Of a DNA stretch of 64,000 nucleotides, positions 31,837-44,710 are shown piece by piece. Positions within the stretch are counted from its first letter, which is position 1, and each line of letters starts with the position of its first letter. The stretch is taken from NCBI GenBank assembly GCA_046563655.1, contig CM102289.1:1364001-1428000 (forward strand), written 5' to 3'. The position numbers were made by a program, and so were the translations under genes. A model generated the notes under the pieces. That model was given only the letters and a program-made list of their open reading frames with translations, ran no database searches and was not told where the DNA came from. Origin of the DNA: Yuukianura sp. NJ FZ-2021 (taxonomy: Eukaryota).

Positions 31837-34800
31837 ATGATCCAATTCAGGAACAGTCGTCGAGGAAAAGTGACACCAAGGGAGGAAATTAAACTTTGTG
31901 AAAAGAAATTTCGAAATTTTGAATTTTGTAGAAAAAGTAATTGGAAAAAAGAAATTTTAGGAATAGTTCTAATTGTTTTTGTGTCTGGCGCCATCTACTG
32001 GGATACCTTGAAGTATGACTTTGTCCATGACGATATTGTGAGCATTTTGAGGAATGCCGACGTGAGACCGGCAACTCCATGGTCAAATCTGCTCTTCAAC
32101 GATTTCTGGGGAACGCCAATGTCCAGCCACCTCTCTCACAAATCCTACCGACCACTTACCATACTCACTTTCAGGTTAGTCTGTACATGTAAATATGATT
32201 GGCATACTGTAATATGCTAATACATTAATATACTATAATATACTTTTAATATATTAATGTGTTTTCAAACTTTTGTGTATAATTAATTACAACAGAATGG
32301 ATAAACTGTCTCATACGTATCTGTAGATACAGATTTTACTCGAAAAAAAAAATTACGTAAATTCTTCGTACTTTTTACGTTACGTAAAAAAAATAAATTG
32401 TAAATGATTGACGTGAATTTCTAGAGTATATAGTACGTTGTATTAATGATTTCCAAGTGAAGTGGTTTACAAATAATCGTTTCGTTTTTTTCGATCATTA
32501 TACTTTTTAACACAAAAAGTAATTTGTCAAATTGTAAATTTTTGGCCGCTACAAAAAAAAAATGCTAAAATTTATTGCCTATCAACCAACTTTTATTAAC
32601 TCCTTGCATTTGATATTCAATCGCTCAAATTGACACTAAACCAAAATTAATCTTTCCTTAAGCCATACATCAATCGTAATTTATTCATGAATGACAAACT
32701 CCGCTTTCACTAGAGTGTCTTTATTTTCAGAATTTTTACTCTCTTTGCAGAATAAATCCAAAAGAGAAAGGTATAATCCTTGCGTAGACAAAAAATTTAG
32801 TTTATTATTATATTTGTTCCACAAGGTGATTTTTTGATAAGCAGGAGAAAAATTTGAGCAAGCGGAACTTCTGCAGAGCTCATCACTTTGTGCAACGCTG
32901 AAGCTTGGAATCCAGGTCTCCTCAAGTTTGTCATAAAAAAAAGTTTTTGGCATTCCTACGTCAAACACAAAAAAATTGCATAGTTTTGCTTTTGTTATTA
33001 AACTCAATCAAAACCTTAACAAAGATGAAAATACAAAAAAAAACGGAAAGCTTCAATAAGTACAAAAAGAAAACGAAATTTTCAAAATGGAACAGAAATT
33101 TTGATTTTTTGTATGGTGTTTAGGTGTCAAAAAATATTCTTTTGAAATTTTTCGTTTGCCTGAATTTTCATAAGAAAATATGACAGTCACCTGAAAAATT
33201 TTTGTTTCAGGTTGAATTTTATGGTGGATCATGGTGTATCTGCGTACTGGTTCCACTTGACCAATGTTTTGATTCATGCTGTATCTTCTGCTGTTCTATT
33301 TTCACTTTGTTTGAGATCACTTGCAATGCCAATCAGCGATGCCCTAGTCACAGCTCTATTGTTCGCTACACATCCCATTCACACTGAAGCTGTAAGTCAC
33401 TTATATTTTATAAATTTATATTCATATTTATATAAAATATTTTATTCAATTTGCTCAATTACATACTGTAAAGTTAAATTAAAGTCAACTAAACCATTCA
33501 CATTTTTTTTTGCAAAACATTCTGGCACAAAATCTAGAACAAAATTGGAATTTTTTGACGCAAAGTCTTTAAAAAATTGAGGAAGTTTTTAGCATAAAAA
33601 TTTTTTCTCTACTTTTTGTGACATCTTGACCTCAAATTTAAATTTTGAGGTTAAGGAGTGTGTCATCACGTAGAGCGGATAAAGTGATCATTCAGTATTA
33701 CTTAAGCTTAACTGTCATACTGTCCTACATAATACTTGGTATGCACAACTCATTTTTATGCTAAAAAGCTAAACATGAGCAAGGAAAAATTGAAAATGAG
33801 GATTACGTATAAACTTAAAAAAAAAACTGGCGGAAAAATTTAAATTTCTAGCACCATAAATTTCAAGAGTAATCCAAAGTTTGTGAGTTTATTAAAATTA
33901 AAAATTTGTAGTTTTTTTTTTCTAATCTTGAAGTAACGAGTTCTGTTTTATGATTTGTGTTTGTGCGGAATTTGTCGTAAGCTGAACGGTAATTGTTTTT
34001 GTCCAGAGCATCTGGAGATCATTTGCCTCTGTACGGAATAGTGGAATTATGCTTGTGTTATGGCTTCAAGTTGACTTGTGATGAAGGAAGTATGGAAAAA
34101 GCTTAGTTCCAGACTCCATTTCCATTACAAAACGCTTATACTTTCGTCATTTTTAAAAATACTCAGAGGCATGCCATGTTGGAGGTGAAGTAGATGAGGC
34201 ATGTAGACTCATTTGTTCCGCCGGTATGAACCAAGGCCTCACTCATGCAAAAATCCAAACGTCTCATCAACCCTGTGTCATTCAAAATAAATTTCAGCGG
34301 CAAGGTTTCAAAATTTTGAAAACCCGCCATTTCACTGGGCATAAATTCTTTTTTAAAATACTTCCAAGATATCAGTTCAAACTGCATTACAAAATGAAAA
34401 AAAAATTGCAATCCAGGCAAGAATTTTACGCCACATTTTCTTCCGCTGTGCAACACGTTCCACCGTCTGAGTCCGGATGTATAAGACTTGAAATACGCGG
34501 GCGACTTGAAATACCCGGGAAATTCGAAATACCCGGGCATTTCATGTAGTTAGTCACCCTAAAGTAAAGGCGTTTGAATTAATACTGTCGAATCCTGTTG
34601 TTTCAGGTGGCAGGAATCACAGGGAGGTCGGATTCCCTGGCTTGTCTTCTCATGCTTCTCTCCTTTCTCGTCTACTCAAGGTAAATCTCTCATCCAAAAT
34701 TCATTTCAATTCAAATTTTCCCGCGCTGTTTGTACACCCCATAATCCCCGCCTCTCCTCAACTTTCGTTTATCCAGCAGTGTTCCAGGAAACAACTGAAT

Positions 34801-37800
34801 TTGGGAACCACGCAACAAAGCCTATTTGTAGGATCAAGCAGGTTTAGCGCCGATTTGGGCAGGATTTGATGTCAGTTTTGATGAAAAACAAATACCGTTC
34901 AACCTTTCTCCACAGATTAGGCTAAACTTTGTTAGGCTAACATAACCTTTAGCCTAACAAGTTAGGCTAAGGCTAGGCTAACTTGAACTACGCAAAACAT
35001 AACCTAACTTTTCTACAGGTGCTTGATTGAAAACTCCAAATTTCGTCTTGTGACGTCCGGAATACTGGGATGCTTGGCGATGCTAGCCAAAGAAACTGGA
35101 ATAACAGCATTGGCCATCAACGTGACCTTTGACCTCTACGTCCACTTTTCACTTATTCAAAGGTTTGTTCAAATTCTCAAAATACGAAAAATTTAAAAGT
35201 TTTAGAAAACGTACATTTACGATTGAAAGGAGAAACAGAAAGCAGCGTTTTCTCTTTTTTCTGTCTCCGTTTAACAAGAAAGTTTGTTAGGAAACCACTG
35301 AGCTTGAATTTAGTTTTCAACCAAATTGTAAATTTTGAAAACAAAGGAACTGAAATTGATCTGTGAGATCAATCAGCGATTAAAGTTGTTTTTGCTACAA
35401 CAGTGATGACAACTGCGGAACAAAGGAAAACCGGGAATTTAAAATCGAAGAAAAACAAAAACAAACTTTCTCTTTTGGTTTACTTTGTTCAAAAAAACAG
35501 AACAACCGTTTTGAATTTAAATTTTAAGGATTTTGGCTCCGTTTTGTGTCGTTTCTTATCTTATTGATCAAAGAAAAGGAAAAGGTTTGTTCATAAATAT
35601 TCATTTTCTCCACTCCCATTGATTTCTATTTCTTCTGTCTCTGTCAATTACAAGAACAGACAAAAGAGAAAGTGTTTTCACTCCAACTTTATTTAAACTC
35701 GGAATTATTAAAACACAAAAGTCTCAAAGTGGAAATCAATATCAAGTAGTATCTGGGAAAATTTTGGTTAAAAACAGGCGGTTTCAACTTAAAATTATTC
35801 ATGCATAGCTCAATTAATCGATTAACTATGCCTAAAAATAAGTTTCGATTTCAATGAGCTCCAGAAGGTTTCATGCCATTGTGTCAATCCAATTTTGTCA
35901 ACTGCCATTCCGTCAACTGGAATTGTACCAACGCTTAATTGCATCAACGGTATTAAACGAACTTGTAGTAACGAACCACATCAAATTTAAACTAAGGCAA
36001 CTTCAGCATTACACTCGTTGTCGCAATTAGTAGTTGACACAATTGACGTTGGCATACTTTTGTTGACACAATTGCAGTTAAAGCAATTGCGTGCTCTGCT
36101 TGAAAAACCAAATTGGAGAAATACTTTGTAATTTCTTCCAAAAAAAAATAGAAAAACTACATCAGAGCAACAAGATTTTATGAAGTTGGGTTTATTAGAA
36201 CATAAAATGTCTTAAGTGACTTGGGCTTAATTTGGTAAGTGGATTTGATTGATCTGAGTTTTTCGTGACACAAGATGTTATTTATATTTTATTACTATCA
36301 ATTGATTTACTTATTTTGTGTAGGTGGTTTTCTGGGAAAATGAGCGACGCATCATTGCAGACTCTCCGGCAAAGGATAACTTTCACTATATCTTTGGTCA
36401 GGCCAAAAACACATTGATGTTTTACAAACTGTTTACAAATTTCAAAAAATGCAATTTATGTTTTCTAAAGGTGATACTTTGTCTGACGTTTCGTCTTGCC
36501 GTTATGAATGGAGCTTTACCTGTGTTCAGCGCTGAAGACAATCCTGCGTCCCACTCGACTTCTTTCGTTACAAGGTAAACTTCTCCAAGCCATTTTTTCA
36601 ATTTTGAAAAAAAAAGTTTCAAAAAATCCAGATTTAAAAAAAAGTAACAGTTAATCAAAATCTACACAATATACGAGTAAGGATGGTAAATTTGTAATGG
36701 ATGAGTCCATTGGAAGTAGCCTTCCTCCCCCCAGAGGAATTCTTACATGTTTTACAGGAGGGGGAGCTAAGGGCATCCCCCCATAGTTACTTTTACATGG
36801 GGGGGTTAAGGAAAATTCACCCCCCCCCCTTCTCCCTAACATATGCTTGATGTTTAGGGAAGCGTCGAATTTAAGTCAATATCCAGTTGGGAAAACTTTT
36901 TTTGGAGTAAACTTTTTTCCAGAGGCTTTGCATAATTCCTCTCAAAGGGAGAGAACTACGCGGGAGTATTTAGAAATTCAAAAGCGAGAGAAAACGCATG
37001 AATGAAATCATAGTCAAAGTTTCTCTGTTTTCCCCTCATGCATAAGGGATTTCGGTTTTTGGAGAAAATCAGTCTGAACTTTCTCCTTTGCAGAGACAAT
37101 GAACTGGAATCTATATTTTTCATCTTTGTTTGATTTTTTGTAGACTCCTTACTTATGCGTTTTTACCCGGCTTCAATTTGTGGTTGATTCTTCGTCCAGA
37201 ACATCTTTCTTATGACTGGCAAATGGGCTCTGTTCCACTCATCACTTCACTAACAGATCACAGGAATTTAGTGTCCCTCTGTTTCTACTTTCTCTTTGGT
37301 GCATTTCTTACCGTCACTTTCAAAACGGTATGAACTTTGTAGATTTTGGAGAAATTTGACAAATTTTGAAACTTTCATTAAGTATAAATGATTTTATTAT
37401 GAATTTAATTGTGATAAAATTAATGTAAAATTCATGCTTTTGTTAGGACGCTAATTTTTCGTGGAGAAATCGACGAGTTGTGCTCGGTTTTCTTTTCACG
37501 TCGTTGCCTTTTCTTCCAGCATCAAATTTATTTTTTCCTGTTGGATTCGTTGCAGCAGAGAGAATTTTATATGCACCAAGGTAACAAAATTATACTCAAA
37601 TATTAATTAATTTTATATTATACAACAATTAGTTGTAATAGTTTAATATTCTAATATAATTCAACTGTTTGCAGCGCTGGAATTTGTATTCTGACTGGAA
37701 CAGGATTCCATTTACTGCGAAACCGAATTTTTCGGCACAGGCGCAGTACGAAAGCAGTGCTAAGTGGCGCCCTCTGTCTGGTTCTTTTGACGTTTTCACT

Positions 37801-40800
37801 GAAAACTATGAACAGAAGTGTCGTATGGAAATCAAGAGCGACTCTATTTGAGTAAAATTTAAAAAAAAAAAGTCAAAATTTTCTTTAAAGAAAATTCATT
37901 TTTTCAAAACCAACGTATTTTTTAGATCCGGTTTGCTTGAAAATCCGGGTAACGCCAAAGTCCACTACAATTACGGAAATTTGCAAAAGGATTTGGGCAA
38001 TTTAGATGCAGCGATGCAGCACTACAAGGCTGCTATAAGGTAAACCAGGTTTCAGTGAGAAGAATTTTTTGCAAAAAAATGGAATTTTTACATTAAACTG
38101 AAACCAGAAATTGAGTAATTTCGTAATGTTAAAACGAGAAATTGAACGTAGACTGTGGCCAACTTATGCCAGTGCATGGAACAACCTTGGAGCTGTTTGT
38201 GGTGAACCTGATTTGGCTGAGATGTCATTTTTGAATGCCCTGAGATCACATCCAGAACACACTTCAGCCCACTTCAACCTCGGGGTCATCTACCTGTGAG
38301 TCATAACCACAAATTACGTCAAATTTTTAAATCATGTCAGATTTTTGACAACGCGTAACATTAGACTGACACACTTCACCAGCAACGTCAAAAGTATGCA
38401 GAGGGGGGGGGGGGGGTTCTGGAAGGGGGGGGGTCCACGGGTGGTTTGGAACTACACGTAATTACTATGGAAGTGAAACATTGATTTAGTGACACAATTG
38501 GACCAATTATGTCTCCACCCCTGTCACTCTCTATTATTATCTACGTCTCAGTTTCACAAAGGCCGGATGACACTTATTTTCAAATTTCCTCTAGAAGTAA
38601 CAAAATTATTGAATCGTTTCAAAAATTCAATTTTCTCAAATTCCAAATCAACGATTCCGCCTGTCTCCGCTTGAACTTTTTTTTAAGCAAAGGAAAGTAT
38701 TCTTTCCCCGGGATTCAAACATTTTAAAAAGTAACCAACCTGAGTTTTACGCTCAAAATTAATTTCAAAAAGGGAAAGCAAACTTTTTTTCCCGCCAAAA
38801 CCAGAGTTGCGTTTTATTAGGCATTTGAAAACAGACAGAGAACAAAGGATGAAAGCCTTGTTCCCTCCTTTTATGTCCGTCTGTCGCCCCCATTCCCACT
38901 CACATTAACTTTCTCCTGCTCTCCACTCATGAATAAAGTGTTTTCATTTTTGGACATAAACACTTTCACCCCTGCAACTCATTATTTCTAGCTCAAATTT
39001 CAGTTTCAAGCTTACAATAAACAAAGTTCTTTACGAAAACATGTAAGGTGTGTTTAAACACGCGCTGTTTCCATCAAGTAACGACTTTTGAATTGTGTCG
39101 CCACTGTTGCGGTTACCTGCCAGCCTCATGTGTATGTAAATCATTGCTAGGAATTAAACTATGTTTAGTTGAAATTTATGTTACTTGTAGGTAAAGAGGC
39201 TAAATTTTTAGAAACGGTAGATATTGTACATGTTCTCAAAGCGGAAAAGACGGTAACTAGTATATATTAAGTATGAGTATGGTAGAGGTGATATATATTA
39301 TGGATTCGGCAAGTATTTTTGTTGAGTTGAATATTTGAATGGTAGAATATATCGTAAGCACATTGAATATTTGAATACGGTAGAATATAATATGGTAAAT
39401 ACGTTGAGTATTTGGATATGGTAGAGTATAAGTATGGCACGTACGTTCAACATTTGAATATGGCATTGGGTATATACCCATTCACAATATGGTGAAAGTG
39501 GAAAAACTATGTAAATATTATTAAGCAACCCATGGGTATTGGCGAGAGCAGTCGAACATTGCTGGGTATCGACGAATCCTCTCATTAATTTCCCAAATGA
39601 GGAGAAATCAATCCGGAAACAAAGAGAAAACCAGAAAGCGGAATGATTATAATCCACAAAACAACTCAAGCTGTTGCATCATCTACCAACCACTTCATGT
39701 CTTTTCCTATACATAAATAACTTTGAACTTTTCCAGTTACTCGTTATTTTTCCAATAATTGCTGTGTTTCTATTCATTTTACTTCAAAATTGTTATGTTT
39801 CAAGTCATATTACTCCAAATTGTGTTTTCAGCCGAGGTGGGCGTCTCCTAGAAGCAACGCAGCATTTGGAAGAAGTGGTGTTCCGCCTGGACCCAGCTCA
39901 CGCAGAGGCTCTGCGTTACCTTGGTACCTGTTACAAACGCTTAAACAGAACAGAAGCAGCGGAAACTGTTTTTGAAAACCTGTCTAGAACGACTATTGAT
40001 CCATTTCTGCTACATGCCAACTACGGTCACTTTCTCCTAGAATTGGGTAAAACACCGACGTTTTTGCAAAGATTTGTTTTTTTATATGATCAAAATTGGT
40101 CCAACTATCCCAAAATCAAATAAATTTTTCTTCTCGATTTCTGTTTCAAAAAAATAGTTTTGTTAACCAGCAACAAAATTAGAATCGTTTTTTGTTGTTT
40201 AGTACTTCGTATTCTTAAAAACAGCAAAATTTTGAATTTTGCAGGTGGAGAAATTGATGCACTTCGACATTTTATACTTGCACTAGCAGCAGCGCCATCT
40301 ACAACTGAAAACACACTGCAAGTTTTGACTGAAGCTGTGCACTTAGCAAACCACTTGCAACAAACTCAACTTTTTACACAACTAGCAACGCGGTAATTTT
40401 TCAGTTTAAAAAAAGTTTTTTTCTTAACTTCTGGAATCTACAACAACAAAAAATGAAATCCAAGCAAAACGTGTTCCAGCTTTCCAATTCTTCGTAGTTT
40501 TTTTTGCAATTTTGAATCTACGTAATTATAAGTAATTAGAAGTTGTTGATTCTTTTAACTTTTATTCAATCTGAAGTGGCAGTTTGAGTAGAACCTTTTT
40601 TTTTTTTTAAAAAAAAATTCAAAATTTTGGAATTAATTAAAACAAGTTTATCGCAGCCACTTCATCTCTAGAACTCTTTTTAAAAAAAACTACCATTTTT
40701 ATTAACTTTTCAAGTGTACAAGTCAAACGAAAAAGTAAGTCAATCTCAAAGTTTAGAAACTGTTTACTGCCATCTAAGTTGACGTGTCTCCTATGGCAGA

Positions 40801-42009
40801 AAGTCTTTTGAGTTAATTTATGACCCAGATATCCATTATGGATATTAAAACTTCCTTTTGGCTTTGAAGTTTTAGTCTCAGGATGTGATTCGACTTTCTT
40901 CCTCACAAAGTCAATCAATCATTTCTCATTTCTGTGTACTTCGACTGATTAAACGTTAACGAACTCTTAGCAAAAGTATCACAACACATCCGTGACGCCA
41001 AAGTCAATTTTATCATGATTTATACACTTTTCCACTCACTTCAAAATTTCAACATTTCAAAAAAAAATCTCCTACTGCTCAAAATTGTCAAAAAAAACGA
41101 ACACTTTTTAATTTTTTACAGCTTGCTACGCCTAAAATTTGATCCAACTGTGGCCAACTTATTAGCAAATGCATACGCTGAGCAAGGAAATCATCATGAC
41201 GCTAAGGCTGTGTTTCAAAAACTGAAAAACTCGACACACAGCATACGACATGTCTTAAGTCAGGTTTGAAAATTCCATGAAATTTTCCTAAAATTTTGAA
41301 ATTTAGAGTTTTGAAATTTGGAGTTTTATAAAACTAGGCACAATTCCTTCTGGATGCGCATGAATGGTCGGAAGCTGAAGCAGTCTTACGTGCCATATTA
41401 AAAGTGCATTCGAATCACCTGACCTTTGACCCTGACGCTCTTCTGCTCCTAGCAAGGGCTCTTGAAGGGCAGAGCAAAAGTGACGAGGCCCTTGAAGCCC
41501 TTAACTTGGCCATTCAGTACGCATGTCCAAAGGATGCCCAGCTATGTGCTATTTGCTACACACAGTTGGGCAACCACCTTCACACGCAAGGTTTAGTACA
41601 GTCTGCGTCTTACGTAAGCTTTTACCGCCATATTTCCAAAAGCTAAGAATCTGAAAAATAATTTAGTAACTAATTTGAATAAAATATATTGCAATTAAAT
41701 TAATGTCATATTGCATATTTAGCAGAAAATTGGATTAAAGGTTTGATTATACTTGCAGCACTACTCAGTAGCGTTGAACATTGATTCCACTAATGTTCAA
41801 GCACATGCAAATCTAGGAGCCATTCTTCACATCATGGTAAAAAATTTTTTTTTGAAATTTCAATACGGTTTATCAAAAATTTTGAATTTTAGGGCAACTA
41901 TTCAGAGGCAAAGGACCACTACACAAGAGCACTGCACGTTGACCCTACCAATATCGTCGTGCTGCAAAATTTGAACAAATTGGAAAAATCAATTAACTCC
42001 AAATTTTGA
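31837..42009 (+). CDS. TMTC1: Protein O-mannosyltransferase TMTC1-like (TM region plus TPR repeats), about 17 exons
   Basis: [102 protein letters not shown] and TPRs. The TMTC1 assignment rests on FVHDD. Confidence 0.92.
39256..39568. repeat. Degenerate tandem repeat / probable MITE remnant in a TMTC intron
   Basis: Recurring TTGAATATTTGAAT..GGTAGAATATA units; ends GCTGGGTA, like the terminus of the MITE at 20380-20951. Confidence 0.45.
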
Positions 42010-42619
42010 AAACTTCAGAGTCAATATTTAAATATTTTGAAAACTCTAAAATTATAATTTTTTTGGAATTTTAGTTTTTAACAAAAAGGACCAAGTGGGA
42101 AAAACAACGCTTGTTTTTTATTGTAGGTCCACATACTAGTTTGTTATAAAATGACAGTGTAATTAAGTTATGCTAGACTAGGTTGTTAGGCTAATTTAAG
42201 TTAATTCAAGATGTGCCAAAGTAAGAAACTAAATTTTAGTGCGATCCAAATCCTGCGCTTATACTTTGTGAAGTTTTTGTTTGTGTCCTACTCAAGTGTT
42301 AACCTTAGATTAGTAATTAAGGATAGTCGGATTAGGAAATCTTTTGTTTTCCCGCCAAAATTCTAATCCTGGACGGATCTGTTGTTTTTGAAATTGTGCC
42401 ACGATGCAGACAAACTCAAATGCCTTTTATTCCAACGCTTAGTCTCATTTTTTTTTAAATTTAGTCCTAATTTTTATGTATTTTAGACAAATCTCACCTA
42501 GGTGAAAGTATAGTCGATTTTGAAGGTTAGTATTATTCTATTAAAATCCAAATCAACAAAAACTTAATTGAACTTAAAAGAGAAATAATTTAAAACGTAA
42601 TTTACTAAAAATATTTTAT

Positions 42620-43098
42620 TTTTTTCATACTGATTATTATTGATCAAGTTGATGAATGTCGTTTTCAAAATTTCAAAATTTTCGATTTCCAAAATTCTTA
42701 ATTTGAATCTTTGGGTAGTGCACTGCCGCTTTTTCCATGAGTGTTCTTAATCCTGCCAAACCTTTGTCGCCCAAAACCCGATCCAGTAAGGATTGTTTTT
42801 TTTCTTGCGACTTCATTTCTTTTTTGCACTTCACAGCAAATTTAACGAAAAAACGAAAAATTTGTAAAATCTTTTGTTTTTTGAAATTATGAAAAAAAAA
42901 AAATGCTGAGGTGTAACGTTGTGGAAAAGGTCTGTTACTTGGGTCACTTTCTCAGCCGCTGCCACTTCTTCAAATGAACAATCCAAATCCTTCGCCAAAA
43001 TTTCACCTTTGAAAAAAAAGTTAAAAAAACAGACTTCATTGTTCAAAAACATTTAAAAAGTTGTACTTTCTGTTGTGGAAATTTGGCGGAACTGGATG
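42620..43098 (-). pseudogene. Partial duplicate of the RERG-like 3' end (last exons, introns and UTR)
   Basis: GEILAKDLDCSFEEVAAAEKVTQVTDLFH and QSLLDRVLG..SALPKDSN* match ~50555-51040; the last-exon acceptor AG is lost and indels are present. Confidence 0.88.
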
Positions 43099-43688
43099 TT
43101 AGGTATCGCTTTTGTTATACACACCTTTACTATTTGCGCGTGGTTACGCATGATACGAGGAACACGATGCGGTTAATTAGTTGAAGCTAATTAACCACAA
43201 TTAATTACGCATTCCAGGCTGAACTCATATAGTTATAGGGAGAAATTTACAAATATCAGCAACTACGCCGCAGACGATACTCCATTATTCAATTAATCAA
43301 TGTGGTTCTAAATTTAGTATATAATAACCCCTGCCGTAGGTTAAAAATAAAGCCCATTTGTTGTTTATTTGACTCCACAATTCGTAGGTAAATTTGATCC
43401 GTTAGGCTTAATTTGAATTAAATTATGATATATTTTTTTTATATTATGTTTTTAATATGAGGTTTAGATAGATTACTTGTTCCTCAAATACTATCTAATT
43501 TTTTTTTCACAAAAGGACTTCTCTAAAGTTTATCGTATTGTTCAAATTTCCAAAGCGTTTATATTCTTTCCTCCTATATTGAAAACCTGTGACTTTTAGT
43601 TATTATAAGGTGGCCGTTTCATGTTGTGAAGTTTGACAGAATTAAGACAAACATTATTTTTTGATTCTAGTTGTACAACTGTTAAAAA

Positions 43689-43964
43689 ATGAAGAAGTGG
43701 CTCATTGCACTTGCGTTGGTGGCCATGATTGCAGTTGGTGACGGGAGCTGGTGCGGATGTATCACATACCCAAAACCAGGAGTGCCTAATAATTATTATA
43801 AGGAAGCTGCTATTCAAGCATGCTGTTCAGAAGTTGGCTATAGCTTAGTGAGGGATTGGTGGCAAGGACTGAAATGCGATGTGGACGGCAGAGGCAACGA
43901 AATACGGCCACTATTCCAACAGTGCTGTCTTAGAAATGGAATGTTTGATGGTCACTGCACTTAA
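43689..43964 (+). CDS. Intronless secreted 8-cysteine small protein (91 aa)
   Basis: AAAAATG start; signal peptide MKKWLIALALVAMIAVGDG; Cys pattern CxC-x20-CC-x16-C-x15-CC-x9-C; GC content above the flanks. Confidence 0.85.
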   Translation: MKKWLIALALVAMIAVGDGSWCGCITYPKPGVPNNYYKEAAIQACCSEVGYSLVRDWWQGLKCDVDGRGNEIRPLFQQCCLRNGMFDGHCT

Positions 43965-44200
43965 AAGAATCTGTGCTAACTTTTGGAAACTGGACGTCAT
44001 TTACACTTTCTCTAACTCATTGGCTTCTTTTTACAACAACAAAAATTGTAGTTTTTTCTTAATTTAAATTCTTAAAGTCAACTTCAAAATTGGAAATTAA
44101 AACTTATCATCAGAGCATAACATTTTCCAATCTCGTATACAAACAAATTATTTATTCTATACTAGGTTGTGCAATACCTCGAAGTTTTAGATTTTGTTTA

Positions 44201-44493
44201 TGAAAGGACGTGTGACTGATTATGTGTATGACTATTCCTGTTACCAAGAATAACTAAAACCCGAAAACCAAAAAATGTGAATGACCGTTAGATTTATTAT
44301 TGAGAGAAAGGCAAAATGAGATGCTGCTCCTAGCAGAGTCAAAAGAGTACTGAAGTTACAAATTGAATATGCCGAAAGTAATGGTAGCTTAGCTTATGGC
44401 AGAAATACATAAAACCAAAAATACACAAATTAAGAATGAAAACAATGAGTCAAATATTATAAGAAAAAAAGTAAACTAGTGTACGTCCGTTCA
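44201..44493 (-). repeat. BEL/Pao 3' LTR (293 bp)
   Basis: Direct repeat of 49951-50245; the differences I could see are confined to two A-rich spots. Confidence 0.97.
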
Positions 44494-44710
44494 TACTGCC
44501 CGCCTTGAATTAATAGTGATGAATTCAACAAACGTTAGAGAACTACACTGAATACAGTCGGCCCAAGCCAGATACACAATGAAATCACTGTAGGTGTCGC
44601 AACTCTGAGATTCATCATTGTTGCTGGCCACCCATCTACAGCACAAACAGCTTTTACCCTGTGGCTATAGACTTTTGGACTAACATCGGATCGGAAGGAA
44701 CCAAGCTGCA

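Noticed and set aside
39256..39500. CRISPR-like repeat spacing
   Set aside because: Degenerate AT-rich tandem units without unique spacers, in a eukaryotic intron with no cas genes.
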